Below, piece by piece: positions 26,991-36,228 of a stretch of DNA of 64,000 nucleotides (positions are counted from its first letter, which is position 1; the number at the start of each line of letters is the position of its first letter). The stretch spans positions 1,787,672-1,851,671 of the forward strand of contig OZ244780.1 in the NCBI GenBank assembly GCA_965219565.1, given 5' to 3'. The notes under the pieces were generated by a model. That model searched no databases. It was not told the DNA's origin and saw only the letters and a program-made list of their open reading frames with translations. The stretch is from Dehalococcoidia bacterium (GTDB lineage: Bacteria > Chloroflexota > Dehalococcoidia > Lucifugimonadales > JAGWBF01). The translations under genes were made by a program, and so were the position numbers.

Positions 26991-27200
26991 ATGATTAATT
27001 TGACGGTTAACGGCAAGCCTAGAGACGTTGACGGTGAATTAGACCTGATCAGCTTCCTGCTGAGCTACGACGTTAACCTGGAGCATGTGGCCGTGGGCTA
27101 TAACGGCGAGGTCCTGGAGAAAGACGACTACTCCCAGGTATTCCTCAAGGCCGGGGACGTTCTGGAAATTGTCCGGCCCGTGGGCGGCGGTCAGCTTTAG
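26991..27200 (+). CDS. thiS: Sulfur-carrier protein ThiS (ends GGGQL rather than GG)
   Basis: 69 aa with ThiS-like fold sequence. The last codons read V-R-P-V-G-G-G-Q-L-stop. Confidence 0.85.
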   Translation: MINLTVNGKPRDVDGELDLISFLLSYDVNLEHVAVGYNGEVLEKDDYSQVFLKAGDVLEIVRPVGGGQL

Positions 27201-27727
27201 GGGGCGCCTACGACGTTGGCTCCCAGAATCTTCTCCAGGTGGCGCAAGGCCCACGCGTGGGCGTCAGGATCAAAACTGGCAACGCAGTCCTTGGGCACTT
27301 CCACGGTGTAGTCGCGGTTTCTGGCGTCGGATGCGGTGTGCAGCACACAGATGTCTGTGCACACACCACACAGGATGATCTTGTCGGCGGCCAGGTCTGC
27401 CAGCCTCTTCTCCAGATCGGTTCCGAAAAAGCCGCTGTACCGGTTCTTGGGCACCAGGGCGCCCGGCTCAACAAACTTGGTAAGCTCATCGACCACTTCC
27501 GTTTCCTCAGTCCCGATGATGCAGTGAGGCAGAAACATCTGGAACTCTAGGTCGTCGGGTTGGTGGTTGTCGCACACGAACAGGATGGACGAGCCGGCTT
27601 CCTTTTCCCGTTTGAGAAGGTCGGCCACCTTAGGGATAATTTGCCTGGAGGCGTCGCCGCAGTAGAGGTTGTGGCCGGGCTCCAAGAACCCCTTCACCAT
27701 GTCGATAACTACAACTGCGTTGGCCAT
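27197..27727 (-). CDS. Isochorismatase-family cysteine hydrolase (nicotinamidase-like)
   Basis: VVVIDMVKGF and the nucleophile region CGVCTDICV. 176 aa. Confidence 0.85.
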   Translation of the reverse strand: MANAVVVIDMVKGFLEPGHNLYCGDASRQIIPKVADLLKREKEAGSSILFVCDNHQPDDLEFQMFLPHCIIGTEETEVVDELTKFVEPGALVPKNRYSGFFGTDLEKRLADLAADKIILCGVCTDICVLHTASDARNRDYTVEVPKDCVASFDPDAHAWALRHLEKILGANVVGAP

Positions 27728-27855
27728 CAGTGGTACTCCTGAAGGTATGCTGTAAGCGTATATCCTGAGACCGGAGATTTCAACGGCGGCGCTACAGGGC
27801 GGGCGTCATGCTTCGGCAAGCTGAACATGAACGGTTGAGGCGCGGCGGAAGTTCG

Positions 27856-27884
27856 TTGTCAAGGAGGCCGCGCGGTTGTAGTAT
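27856..27884 (+). promoter_or_regulatory. Promoter candidate for the Ldh2-family gene
   Basis: TTGTCA-N17-TAGTAT, about 60 nt upstream of ATG 27944. Confidence 0.35.
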
Positions 27885-27943
27885 TTACGGCACAGTGTTT
27901 CCCTGAAGGCTGGTTAGTTTGGACTGTCGGGAAAGGAGCCCTG

Positions 27944-29020
27944 ATGCTTGAAAGGTTTCACGTGTCTCAAGAGGACGCAGTAATGGTGCCGGAGCCGGGG
28001 CTGAGGAGCACGGTACAGGCCATATTCGAGAAGGTGGGTGTGCCCACTGAGGACGCCGTAGTGGCCGCAGACGTGCTGGTGACCGCTGACCTCCGAGGAG
28101 TCGAGACTCACGGCGTATCCAACATGCTGCGAAATTACGTGGACGGATACAACTCAGGCGACATTAACCCCCGGCCTGACTGGAAAATAGTTCGGGAGAG
28201 GCTTTCAACCGCAAACATAGACTCGGACAGGGGCCTGGGAATTATAGTCACGCCCAAGGCCATGAACATCGCCATAGAAAAGGCCCGCAACACAGGGGTA
28301 GGCATGGTGACGATTCACAATGGGCGCCACCTGGGCATGGCGTCGTATCATGCCATGCTGGCCTTGGAACACAACATGATTGGCGTCTGCGTCACTATGG
28401 CGCCGCCCAGCATGGTGCCCACATTCGGGTCGGAGCCCCGGATGGGCACCAACCCTATTGCCGTCGCCGCCCCCGCTGGGAAAGAAGCCCCGTTCGTCTT
28501 CGACGCCGCAACCACCGTCGTGGCTGGCAACAAGATAAGCCTGGCCATGAGGCTGGGAGCGATGCTTGACCCCGGCTGGACAGCCGACGAAAATGGAACT
28601 CCCTACAGCGAACCCACCATTCCCGTGAGGCCATATAATATGCTGCCTCTGGGAAGCACCCGGGAAAATGGCTCCCACAAAGGCTACGGCCTGGCCTGCG
28701 TGGTGGACGTACTCAGCGGGATTCTTTCCGGGACCAGCTATGGCATGTATCCCGGAAGGCCCAACTTCGCCCACATGGTGGCGGCCTACAACATCGAAGC
28801 GTTCACCGACTTGGACGACTTCACAGGCCTGATGGACGATTTTCTTGTCACCTTGAAGGACACTCCCCCCGCTCCAGGCCACGAGCGGGTGTACTACGGA
28901 GGCCTCCCGGAGGCCGAGTCGGTCATCGAGCGGCGCTCCAATGGGATACCGCTGCATAAGGAAGTCGTGGACTGGTTCAATGATATTTGCAACGAGATGT
29001 CCATCCCTTGCAACCTGTAG
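27944..29020 (+). CDS. Ldh_2 family (malate/L-lactate/sulfolactate dehydrogenase-type) oxidoreductase
   Basis: AAAGGAG RBS. LRGVETHGVSNMLRNYV... is typical of the Ldh_2 family. 358 aa. Confidence 0.85.
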   Translation: MLERFHVSQEDAVMVPEPGLRSTVQAIFEKVGVPTEDAVVAADVLVTADLRGVETHGVSNMLRNYVDGYNSGDINPRPDWKIVRERLSTANIDSDRGLGIIVTPKAMNIAIEKARNTGVGMVTIHNGRHLGMASYHAMLALEHNMIGVCVTMAPPSMVPTFGSEPRMGTNPIAVAAPAGKEAPFVFDAATTVVAGNKISLAMRLGAMLDPGWTADENGTPYSEPTIPVRPYNMLPLGSTRENGSHKGYGLACVVDVLSGILSGTSYGMYPGRPNFAHMVAAYNIEAFTDLDDFTGLMDDFLVTLKDTPPAPGHERVYYGGLPEAESVIERRSNGIPLHKEVVDWFNDICNEMSIPCNL

Positions 29021-29065
29021 CAGTCTGGGTATCTATAGGGGAAACCGGGTCCGGAGGAGGTCCCA

Positions 29066-30289
29066 ATGGCTGACGGCAAGTATGACGTAGCGATAGTCGG
29101 CGGAGGCATAATCGGCCTGTCCACTGCCCGCACCCTGGCCATAAAACATCCAGAAGTGAAAACGGTGGTCCTGGAGAAGGAAGACACTCTTGCCTCCCAC
29201 CAGACAGGCCACAACTCCGGTGTCATCCATTCCGGCATCTACTACAGGCCTGGCTCTCAGAAAGCCCAGTTCTGCGTCGCAGGGGTGAACAAGCTCATCG
29301 AATATTGCGACGAGAAGGGAATCCCTTACGAGCGATGCGGTAAGGTTATCGTCGCCACTGACGAGTCGGAGCTAGGTAGACTTGATGACCTGCAAGAACG
29401 GGGTACGGCCAACGGTGTGGCCGGTCTGGAGGTCATCGGTCCGGAAAGGTTAAAGGAAATCGAGCCTTATTCCGCCGGTATAAAGGCATTGTACGCCCCA
29501 GGCACCGGGATAGTGGACTTTACCGCCGTGGCCAACGCATACGCTGACGACTTGAAGGAGTATGGCGGGGAGGTCCGAACGGGAAGCCGCGTCAACTCCA
29601 TCACCAAGCAGGACGGACTACACCTGGAGACGGACACGGGTCACGTCGAGGCCAAGCATATCATCAACTGCGCAGGGCTCCAATGCGACCGGGTGGCCTC
29701 CATGCTGGGAGTGGCTCCCAATGTCAGAATAATTCCCTTCCGTGGTGAGTACTACGCCATTCGTCCCGAGAGCCGTCACCTCGTCAAAGGGCTGATATAC
29801 CCGGTGCCCAATCCCAGGTTTCCCTTCCTGGGCGTCCACTTCACCAGGACCATTAGCGGCATGGTGGAGGCAGGGCCCAACGCCGTTCTGGCGATGGCAA
29901 GGGAGGGCTACACCTTCCGCAACATAAGCCTGGGCGACGCGGCGTCAACCTTCAGCTTCGGCGGTTTCTGGTCCATGACCATGAAGCATTGGAAGACGGG
30001 CATCGGGGAAATCCACCGTTCGATGCTCAAGAGCGTCTTCCTGAAGGACTTGCAGCGTCTGCTGCCTGAGGTGAGCAGCCGAGACCTGGTGCCCGGCGGC
30101 TCCGGCGTCAGAGCCCAGGCTGTGGACAAAAAGGGGCGGCTACTGGACGACTTCTACATTGAGGAGACGGAGGGGGCCATCCACGTGCTCAACGCGCCGT
30201 CTCCCGGAGCTACGTCGTCCCTTGCCATCGGCGAGTACATAGCGGGCCTGGCCGAGAAGTCCTTTGGGCTCAAGCAAGCCGTAGCCTAG
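29066..30289 (+). CDS. lhgO: L-2-hydroxyglutarate oxidase/dehydrogenase-like FAD enzyme
   Basis: YDVAIVGGGIIGLSTA (FAD motif) and HQTGHNSGVIHSGIYYRPGSQKA, as in LhgO/YgaF. Confidence 0.8.
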   Translation: MADGKYDVAIVGGGIIGLSTARTLAIKHPEVKTVVLEKEDTLASHQTGHNSGVIHSGIYYRPGSQKAQFCVAGVNKLIEYCDEKGIPYERCGKVIVATDESELGRLDDLQERGTANGVAGLEVIGPERLKEIEPYSAGIKALYAPGTGIVDFTAVANAYADDLKEYGGEVRTGSRVNSITKQDGLHLETDTGHVEAKHIINCAGLQCDRVASMLGVAPNVRIIPFRGEYYAIRPESRHLVKGLIYPVPNPRFPFLGVHFTRTISGMVEAGPNAVLAMAREGYTFRNISLGDAASTFSFGGFWSMTMKHWKTGIGEIHRSMLKSVFLKDLQRLLPEVSSRDLVPGGSGVRAQAVDKKGRLLDDFYIEETEGAIHVLNAPSPGATSSLAIGEYIAGLAEKSFGLKQAVA

Positions 30290-30298
30290 GCTGCAACG

Positions 30299-30988
30299 CT
30301 ACCTGGCCAGGACGACTCCCTCCACGTATACGGCTCCCGCTTCTTTGAGAGCGTAGGCGCAGGCTGACAGTGTGCTTCCGGTGGTAGCCACGTCGTCGAT
30401 GAGGGTTATTTTCATGCCCGACAGGTCCTTTACCGCCCTGAAAGCTTGGGCGACGTTGGTCAGACGTTCTTCCCAAGACAAAACAGTCTGAGGCTGGGTG
30501 TCGATTGCCCTAACTACAAGGGCGTCCATGACCGGAATTCCCGTCAAGCGGGACACCTCCCTGGCCAGCAGCGCCGACTGGTTGTAGCCCCGGTCTCTGA
30601 GGCGGCTTTTGTGGAGGGGGACTGGGACCAAGAACTGGCCCTCTGCCGGCCGGTCCTGCAGGAAATCGGAAATGAGTCGGGCAACCTCGGGTGCGGCGGC
30701 CCGTACGTTCTTGAACTTCAGGTCAAGGACGGCGCGACGAATGGCCCCTTCATACTTAAACGGGGCGATTATCCTATCCACCGCTAACCGGGTGTCACGG
30801 CACCGCTGGCATAGGTCGCCTGATAACAACGGCTCGGCGCAGCTTGAACAGAAGGGCGGCTCCAGGCGCGGCAGGCTCGTAATGCAGGTGGAGCAGATAT
30901 ACGCCTCCGAGCCACCGCATCCGAAACAGACTGGCGGGAAGACGAAGTCCAGGACTAGACGTCCCAGACTTGTAGTCCTATCCCTCAT
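30299..30988 (-). CDS. comF: ComF family protein (phosphoribosyltransferase domain)
   Basis: N-terminal Cys pairs (CFGCGG...CSTC...CSSC) and the PRPP motif ITLIDDVATTGSTL. ATG 30988 was preferred over TTG 31000. Confidence 0.85.
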   Translation of the reverse strand: MRDRTTSLGRLVLDFVFPPVCFGCGGSEAYICSTCITSLPRLEPPFCSSCAEPLLSGDLCQRCRDTRLAVDRIIAPFKYEGAIRRAVLDLKFKNVRAAAPEVARLISDFLQDRPAEGQFLVPVPLHKSRLRDRGYNQSALLAREVSRLTGIPVMDALVVRAIDTQPQTVLSWEERLTNVAQAFRAVKDLSGMKITLIDDVATTGSTLSACAYALKEAGAVYVEGVVLAR

Positions 30989-31043
30989 GTTAGGACCCAA
31001 AGCGCATTAAGGACCCAGGCCGGGCTATGGAGCCGCCTCCCGT

Positions 31044-31883
31044 CTACTGTAAGAACGGGAGGATGGTGTTCACAAAAGTGTCGGGGTCCTCCACCTGGGG
31101 TATGTGTGCCAGGTCAGGCAGAATCTTCTTGGTGCAATTGGGCAGATTGTACCGCAGAATGTCCTCAGCCAAGTCTCGGAGAAAATCGTGCTCTCCGAAC
31201 ATGACCATGGCCGACGATGCCTGGATGTGAGGAAGACGGGCCACGATGTCGTACCAAGCCAGGGCCGTCAGGGTCTTGATGAACCATATCCCGGACTGGT
31301 TCCTTGACTCGTTGTTCAGGTCCACCCATTCCTGTTTAGCTCTGTAGAAAGCCGCCCCTTGTTGGTCGATGGTCTGGTCTATGGGCATGCCGTTCTCGTC
31401 CAGTTGGGCCAGCTCCGCTATGTCTTTCAGAAGCGCGGGGGCGGTCCGTACATCCCAGACGGGCAGCCCCACCACGACAATCCTGTCCACCCTCTCGGGA
31501 TAGGACGCGGCAATCTCTATTGTCTGGATAGCGCCGAAAGAGTTGCCGACAATATGGGCCCGGTGGACGTTCAGCACTTGAAGGGCGTGGTCTATGGAGC
31601 GGGCGTAGTCGGGCACAGCGAAGTTCTCCCGGTTGGGCTTGTCCGACAGGCCGTGGCCCAATGCGTCGAAAGCGTAGCAGGTGAAATGATTGCTCAGACG
31701 CTCCATGGTTCCCTCCCACACCCACGTTCCGGTGCCCAGGGGGTGCAGTAGAACTACGGGGTGGCCGCTGCCTTGCTTGACGAAATGTATCTTCCCTTCG
31801 GGAGTCTCAACGAAATCGTCCACCCTGTCGGGGCTTCCGTAGTTCCTGCTCATTAGCTGACGGTTAACCTGCATCGAGGTCAT
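31044..31883 (-). CDS. Alpha/beta hydrolase (C-C hydrolase-like)
   Basis: Nucleophile elbow GNSFGA. AGGAGG RBS. 279 aa. Confidence 0.85.
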   Translation of the reverse strand: MTSMQVNRQLMSRNYGSPDRVDDFVETPEGKIHFVKQGSGHPVVLLHPLGTGTWVWEGTMERLSNHFTCYAFDALGHGLSDKPNRENFAVPDYARSIDHALQVLNVHRAHIVGNSFGAIQTIEIAASYPERVDRIVVVGLPVWDVRTAPALLKDIAELAQLDENGMPIDQTIDQQGAAFYRAKQEWVDLNNESRNQSGIWFIKTLTALAWYDIVARLPHIQASSAMVMFGEHDFLRDLAEDILRYNLPNCTKKILPDLAHIPQVEDPDTFVNTILPFLQ

Positions 31884-31925
31884 GTCTTCCTCCTAGTCCC
31901 GATTTCCGTTTGCCGGCCGGCGCGG

Positions 31926-32738
31926 CTAGCTTCGGCCGACGCCCTCTTTCAAGAAGGGCAAAACTGCATCCAAGAACGCATCGGGCCCCTCGACCTGGGG
32001 CACGTGGGCCAGGTCTTTGAGTATGGCCTTTTCTGCGTTCGGCAGGTTGTAGCGCAGGATGTCCTCGGCCAGCTCTCGGAGCGGGTCGTGCTCACCGTAT
32101 ACGATTAGGCTTGCGCTGGCTTTAATCTTGGGCAGTCGGGATACGATGTCGAACCAGTTGAGGGCCTCCATGGTCTTCTTCACCCATACCCCGGCTTGTT
32201 CTCTCGAAGCGTTGTTGCTGTCGACCCATTCCTGAATGGGCTTGTGAAAGCTGGTCACGACAGTCTCTGCGGTCCGGGGCACGGGCATATCGTCGGGGAA
32301 GTAGCCCGCTGCCTGCTCTGCGAAACGTTCAGGAGCGGCCCGTATGTTCCACACCGGCAGGCCCACCAACACCAGCTTGTCCACCCGGTCAGGGAACGAC
32401 GCGGCCAGCTCGGTGGCCTGTATTGCCCCAAAAGAGTTCCCGATGACGTGGGCCCTATGTATGTTGAGAATCTGCATGGCCTGGTCCATGGCCCTCGCAT
32501 GGTCCGCCGGAGAAAACTGGAAGGACGGCTTGTCCGACAAGCCGTGGCCCAGGGCGTCGAAGGCGTAGCAGGTGAAGTGCTCGCTCAAGGGGCCCATGAT
32601 GTTTTCCCAGACCCAGGTTGAGTTGCCTAGGGGATGCATCATCACAACGGGGAAGCCACTCCCCGCCTTGACGAAATGGTAGTTGCCCTCGTGGGTCGGC
32701 ACGTAGTCTTGAAGGTCTCGGCGTACGAACAGTGACAT
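31926..32738 (-). CDS. Alpha/beta hydrolase, tandem paralogue
   Basis: GNSFGA. Collinear similarity to the 31044-31883 product. AGGAGG lies 6 nt before ATG 32738, so the ORF-track N-terminal 31 codons were rejected. Confidence 0.85.
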   Translation of the reverse strand: MSLFVRRDLQDYVPTHEGNYHFVKAGSGFPVVMMHPLGNSTWVWENIMGPLSEHFTCYAFDALGHGLSDKPSFQFSPADHARAMDQAMQILNIHRAHVIGNSFGAIQATELAASFPDRVDKLVLVGLPVWNIRAAPERFAEQAAGYFPDDMPVPRTAETVVTSFHKPIQEWVDSNNASREQAGVWVKKTMEALNWFDIVSRLPKIKASASLIVYGEHDPLRELAEDILRYNLPNAEKAILKDLAHVPQVEGPDAFLDAVLPFLKEGVGRS

Positions 32739-33009
32739 GGCTGGCCTCCTAACGGCGGCGTTTGGTTGGCTCGATTCCGGTCGGACACAAAGGACACGTC
32801 CGAGCGGACCATGAGAAGAAGTTGAAGCCAATATTACTTTGGGGCCTTGGGACAGTCAACCCGAACCCACACCTGGAAGTCCCACGCAGCGTGTCGGCTT
32901 GACACAGGATAGAGGCCGAATAATAATCGGGCCAGACTTAGGCAAGGATCGAACGGCCCGGGGCGGCAAAGGCAAGCGATCCGCGAATTTCATTATAGGA
33001 GTGTGCGAA

Positions 33010-33432
33010 ATGGCAACTTCCTGGGTACACGGAACAAGCATGCAGACTGAGTACGGCAACCGGTTGGTCTCTGTCAGGCACGCGGGACCCTTCGCCAGAG
33101 TGGAGGGACAGGGAGGCCAGAACACATGGTTGCACTTCCCGGTCCCGGCTGCGGGCGGAAAAGTGAGCGCCGTGCGCATCAACTTCCGCACCAGGAGCGA
33201 CCAGGCCTGGGTTCATGAAGTGCTGCTCTACGACGGGACCAATATAATCGCGGAACATCACGGCTTGAAGCTGCACGGCGACCAGTCCGGGTTTGAGTTT
33301 GAGGTCGCTGGGTCCCCCGCTGTCGAATTCGGACTGAATGTTTCGGTGGGAGTGCAGTTTGCCCCCAACCCGCCGACCATCCAGCACACATGGATCGAGT
33401 TCGTAGCCGTGGGTTGCGATTTGGACAGCTGA
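33010..33432 (+). CDS. Hypothetical 140-aa protein (no signal peptide, predicted beta-rich)
   Basis: AGGAG lies 7 nt before ATG 33010. A possible promoter TTGACA-N16-TAATAA lies at 32899-32926. I do not securely recognise any family. Confidence 0.5.
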   Translation: MATSWVHGTSMQTEYGNRLVSVRHAGPFARVEGQGGQNTWLHFPVPAAGGKVSAVRINFRTRSDQAWVHEVLLYDGTNIIAEHHGLKLHGDQSGFEFEVAGSPAVEFGLNVSVGVQFAPNPPTIQHTWIEFVAVGCDLDS

Positions 33433-33478
33433 TTCTCCCAAGGCCAACAAATCGATATTGTATATCATTCAATATCAC

Positions 33479-33508
33479 TTGACAGTGGTATAGACACAAC
33501 CCTATATT
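33479..33508 (+). promoter_or_regulatory. Promoter-like element bracketed by a 9-bp inverted repeat
   Basis: TTGACA-N18-TATATT, flanked by ATTCAATAT (33468-33476) and its exact reverse complement ATATTGAAT (33504-33512). Confidence 0.3.
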
Positions 33509-33513
33509 GAATT

Positions 33514-33556
33514 ATGACGGATAGAGATATTTGTAATCTCTTTCCGTCATCTTTTG
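33514..33556 (+). terminator. Hairpin followed by a T-tract (possible terminator of the 33010 gene)
   Basis: ATGACGGATAGAGAT-atttgta-ATCTCTTTCCGTCAT (one mismatch), then CTTTTG. Confidence 0.45.
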
Positions 33557-33633
33557 CGACGGAGCAACCGCATTCAGGCGGCCCCGTTAAATAATCAGGC
33601 CGAGCCGAACGCAGCAGCGACGGTTTCGGGAGC

Positions 33634-34164
33634 ATGGAGGTAACAGTCCGGATGGGAAGGCATCAGAAGAGGCCCCTCAGGCCATTGACCGAGTCGGAAA
33701 TACAGCAGCTTACGGATATCGCTAGTTCAAAGGTAGAACGGGTAGAACGAATTCGACGAGCCAGGGCCATACTGGCGGTTTCAAAAGGGCAGTCTTTCAC
33801 CGGAGCGGCGAAAGAGGCCCGGATGCGGAGCAACTCCGGCATAGCCGCCATTGTCCAAAGGTTCCATGACCGGGGTATGGGCTCGTTGAACACCGTTCCC
33901 GGCGCCGGCCGCCGCCCTGTGTACGACCATACACAGCGAAAGGCCATTCTTCTCGAAATTGAAAAAGAGATGGAACGGACTCCGTTCTGGTCCCTCTCAA
34001 CACTGGAGAAGGAGCTCAAACGGTCGACTGCCAACGTTCCCAAGGTTAGCGCCAAGACTATATGCCAGGTGCTCAAAGACGCAGGATACGCGTGGCTTCC
34101 CAACGAGCATGTCTGGTCCAAGAACGGACCAACCCTGGCAGAGACTTACGCCGCCGCTGACTAG
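33634..34164 (+). mobile_element. IS630-family transposase N-terminal HTH fragment (DDE domain absent), a remnant or domesticated copy
   Basis: The 176-aa product resembles the paired HTH/winged-helix N-terminus of IS630-type transposases (…RIRRARAILAVSKGQSFTGAAKE…RFHDRGMGSL…PGAGRRPVY…). The ORF stops 12 nt before the uvrB 3' end and no DDE ORF follows. Confidence 0.55.
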
Positions 34165-34176
34165 GGGCTTAAAGGC

Positions 34177-36192
34177 CTAGTTTTTGGCCTTTAGGGACAA
34201 CAGGGGGCCCTTTTCGTCCAGGGCCAGTATACGGCGCAGTTCGTAGACCTCATCCCGGAACATGGCCGCTTTCTCGAACTCCAGGTTTCGAGCGGCGGCC
34301 TTCATTTGGGCCTCCAGGTCCTTTATCACACGGAACATCTGGTCTTTGGGCATGGGCTGTTTTCTGGCCATGTAGGGGGCGCGAGTCTCGGCAATGCCCT
34401 TGACCCGGTCGGTGATGTCACGCACCGACTTCCGTATACCCTGGGGAACGATGCCGTTGGCCTTATTGTGGGCGTCTTGCAACTGTCGTCTACGGTTGGT
34501 CTCGCCAATGGCGCGGTTCATGGACTTGGTGAAGGCGTCGGCGTACATGATTACGTGGCCGTCGGAATGGCGGGCGGCCCTGCCGATGGTCTGGATGAGG
34601 GAGGACTCCGAGCGCAGGTATCCCTCCTTGTCGGCGTCCAGAATGGCTACCAGGCTCACTTCGGGCAGGTCCAGTCCTTCCCGCAGCAGATTGATGCCAA
34701 CGACCACGTCGTAGACGCCCAACCTCAAGTCTCGGAGAATCTCGCTGCGTTTCAGGGTTTCCATGTCCGAATGGAGATAGTGGGCGCGCACCCCCATCTC
34801 CCGCAAGTAGTCGTCCAGCTCCTCGGCCATTTTCTTGGTCAGGGTGGTCACCAGGCACCGTTCATTCTTCTCAACCCTGGCGCGGATTTCTTCCATCAGG
34901 TTGTCTATCTGGCCCCGAGTGGGTTTCACGTCCACCGTCGGGTCCAGAAGGCCCGTGGGCCGTATGACCTGCTCGACCACCTGGTGTGATATCTCCATCT
35001 CGTGAGGGCCGGGGGTTGCGGAGACGAATATAACCTGGTTTATGTGGTCCTCGAACTCGGGAAAGTTGAGGGGACGGTTGTCGATGGCCGAGGGAAGCCT
35101 GAACCCGAAGTCCACCAGGGTCTGCTTCCGGGAGATGTCTCCGTGATACATGCCCCGCACCTGGGGCACGGTCATGTGGGACTCGTCCACGAACATGATG
35201 AAGTCTTCCGGGAAGTAGTCAAGCAGAGTCCAGGGCGTGGACCCGGGCGCCCGCCGGGACAGGTGGCGGGAATAGTTTTCCACTCCGGCGCACGCTCCCG
35301 TCTCCTGCAGCATCTCCAGATCGTATCTTGTCCGCTGTTCCAGCCGTGATGCCTCCAGGAGCTTTCCGTTGGCGCGGAGATAGTCCAACCTCTCCTCTAG
35401 CTCGATCTTGATGTCCTCTATGGCCGCTTCCAACTTCTCCCGCGGCGTGACGAAGTGGCGGGCGGGGTATATCTCTATGCTGTCCCGTTGGCTCAGGATT
35501 TCCCCGGTCAACGGGTCCACCTCGACGATCTTCTCCACCTCGTCGCCCCAAAACTGTATCCTGACGGCCGTCTCCTCGTAAGCGGGCATTATCTCCAGGG
35601 TGTCACCCCGGACCCGGAAGCGTCCTCTGCTGACTTCCAGGTTGTTGCGCTCGTATTGCATGTTTATCAGGCGGCGGACCAGCTGGTCCCGGCTGAAGAC
35701 GGCGCCCGCCTTCACCTCGGCTACGAAAGAGTGGTAATCGTCCGGGTCGCCCAGTCCATATATGCACGAGACAGAGGCCACTATAAGCACGTCGCGGCGG
35801 GACATGAGGGCCGCCGTCGCGGATAGACGGAGCTTGTCTATCTCTTGGTTGATGTCGGAGTCCTTCTCTATGTATGTGTCCGTCTGCGGAACGTATGCTT
35901 CCGGTTGGTAGTAGTCATAGTAGGAGACGAAATACTCTACGGCGTTGTCGGGGAAAAACTCCCGGAACTCGGTAGCGAGTTGCGCAGCCAAAGTCTTGTT
36001 ATGGGCGATGACCAGGGCCGGCCGCTGGAGCCGCTCCACGATGTTGGCCATCGTGAAGGTCTTGCCGGAGCCGGTTACGCCCAATAGGGTCTGGCTGCGG
36101 TCTCCTCGCACGAGGCCGTCGACCAGCTTCTCGACGGCGCGAGGTTGGTCGCCGGTGGCCCTGAACTCGGAACTAATCTTGAAGTCTGGCAT
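34177..36192 (-). CDS. uvrB: Excinuclease ABC subunit B
   Basis: Full-length UvrB-like sequence with [10 protein letters not shown] and a C-terminal UVR motif. 671 aa. Confidence 0.97.
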   Translation of the reverse strand: MPDFKISSEFRATGDQPRAVEKLVDGLVRGDRSQTLLGVTGSGKTFTMANIVERLQRPALVIAHNKTLAAQLATEFREFFPDNAVEYFVSYYDYYQPEAYVPQTDTYIEKDSDINQEIDKLRLSATAALMSRRDVLIVASVSCIYGLGDPDDYHSFVAEVKAGAVFSRDQLVRRLINMQYERNNLEVSRGRFRVRGDTLEIMPAYEETAVRIQFWGDEVEKIVEVDPLTGEILSQRDSIEIYPARHFVTPREKLEAAIEDIKIELEERLDYLRANGKLLEASRLEQRTRYDLEMLQETGACAGVENYSRHLSRRAPGSTPWTLLDYFPEDFIMFVDESHMTVPQVRGMYHGDISRKQTLVDFGFRLPSAIDNRPLNFPEFEDHINQVIFVSATPGPHEMEISHQVVEQVIRPTGLLDPTVDVKPTRGQIDNLMEEIRARVEKNERCLVTTLTKKMAEELDDYLREMGVRAHYLHSDMETLKRSEILRDLRLGVYDVVVGINLLREGLDLPEVSLVAILDADKEGYLRSESSLIQTIGRAARHSDGHVIMYADAFTKSMNRAIGETNRRRQLQDAHNKANGIVPQGIRKSVRDITDRVKGIAETRAPYMARKQPMPKDQMFRVIKDLEAQMKAAARNLEFEKAAMFRDEVYELRRILALDEKGPLLSLKAKN

Positions 36193-36228
36193 TGCCTTCG
36201 TCGGTCATGGAATAGGAGCTAGTATATT

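Noticed and set aside
28205-28957. 250-aa minus-strand ORF antisense to the Ldh_2 gene
   Set aside because: It is a shadow ORF, and the + strand product has family-typical sequence.
29066-30289. FAD oxidase considered as glycine oxidase ThiO because of its proximity to the thi operon
   Set aside because: The HQTGHNSGVIHSGIYY motif is LhgO-type. The gene is also separated from thiS by an opposite-strand gene and sits downstream of an Ldh_2 dehydrogenase gene.
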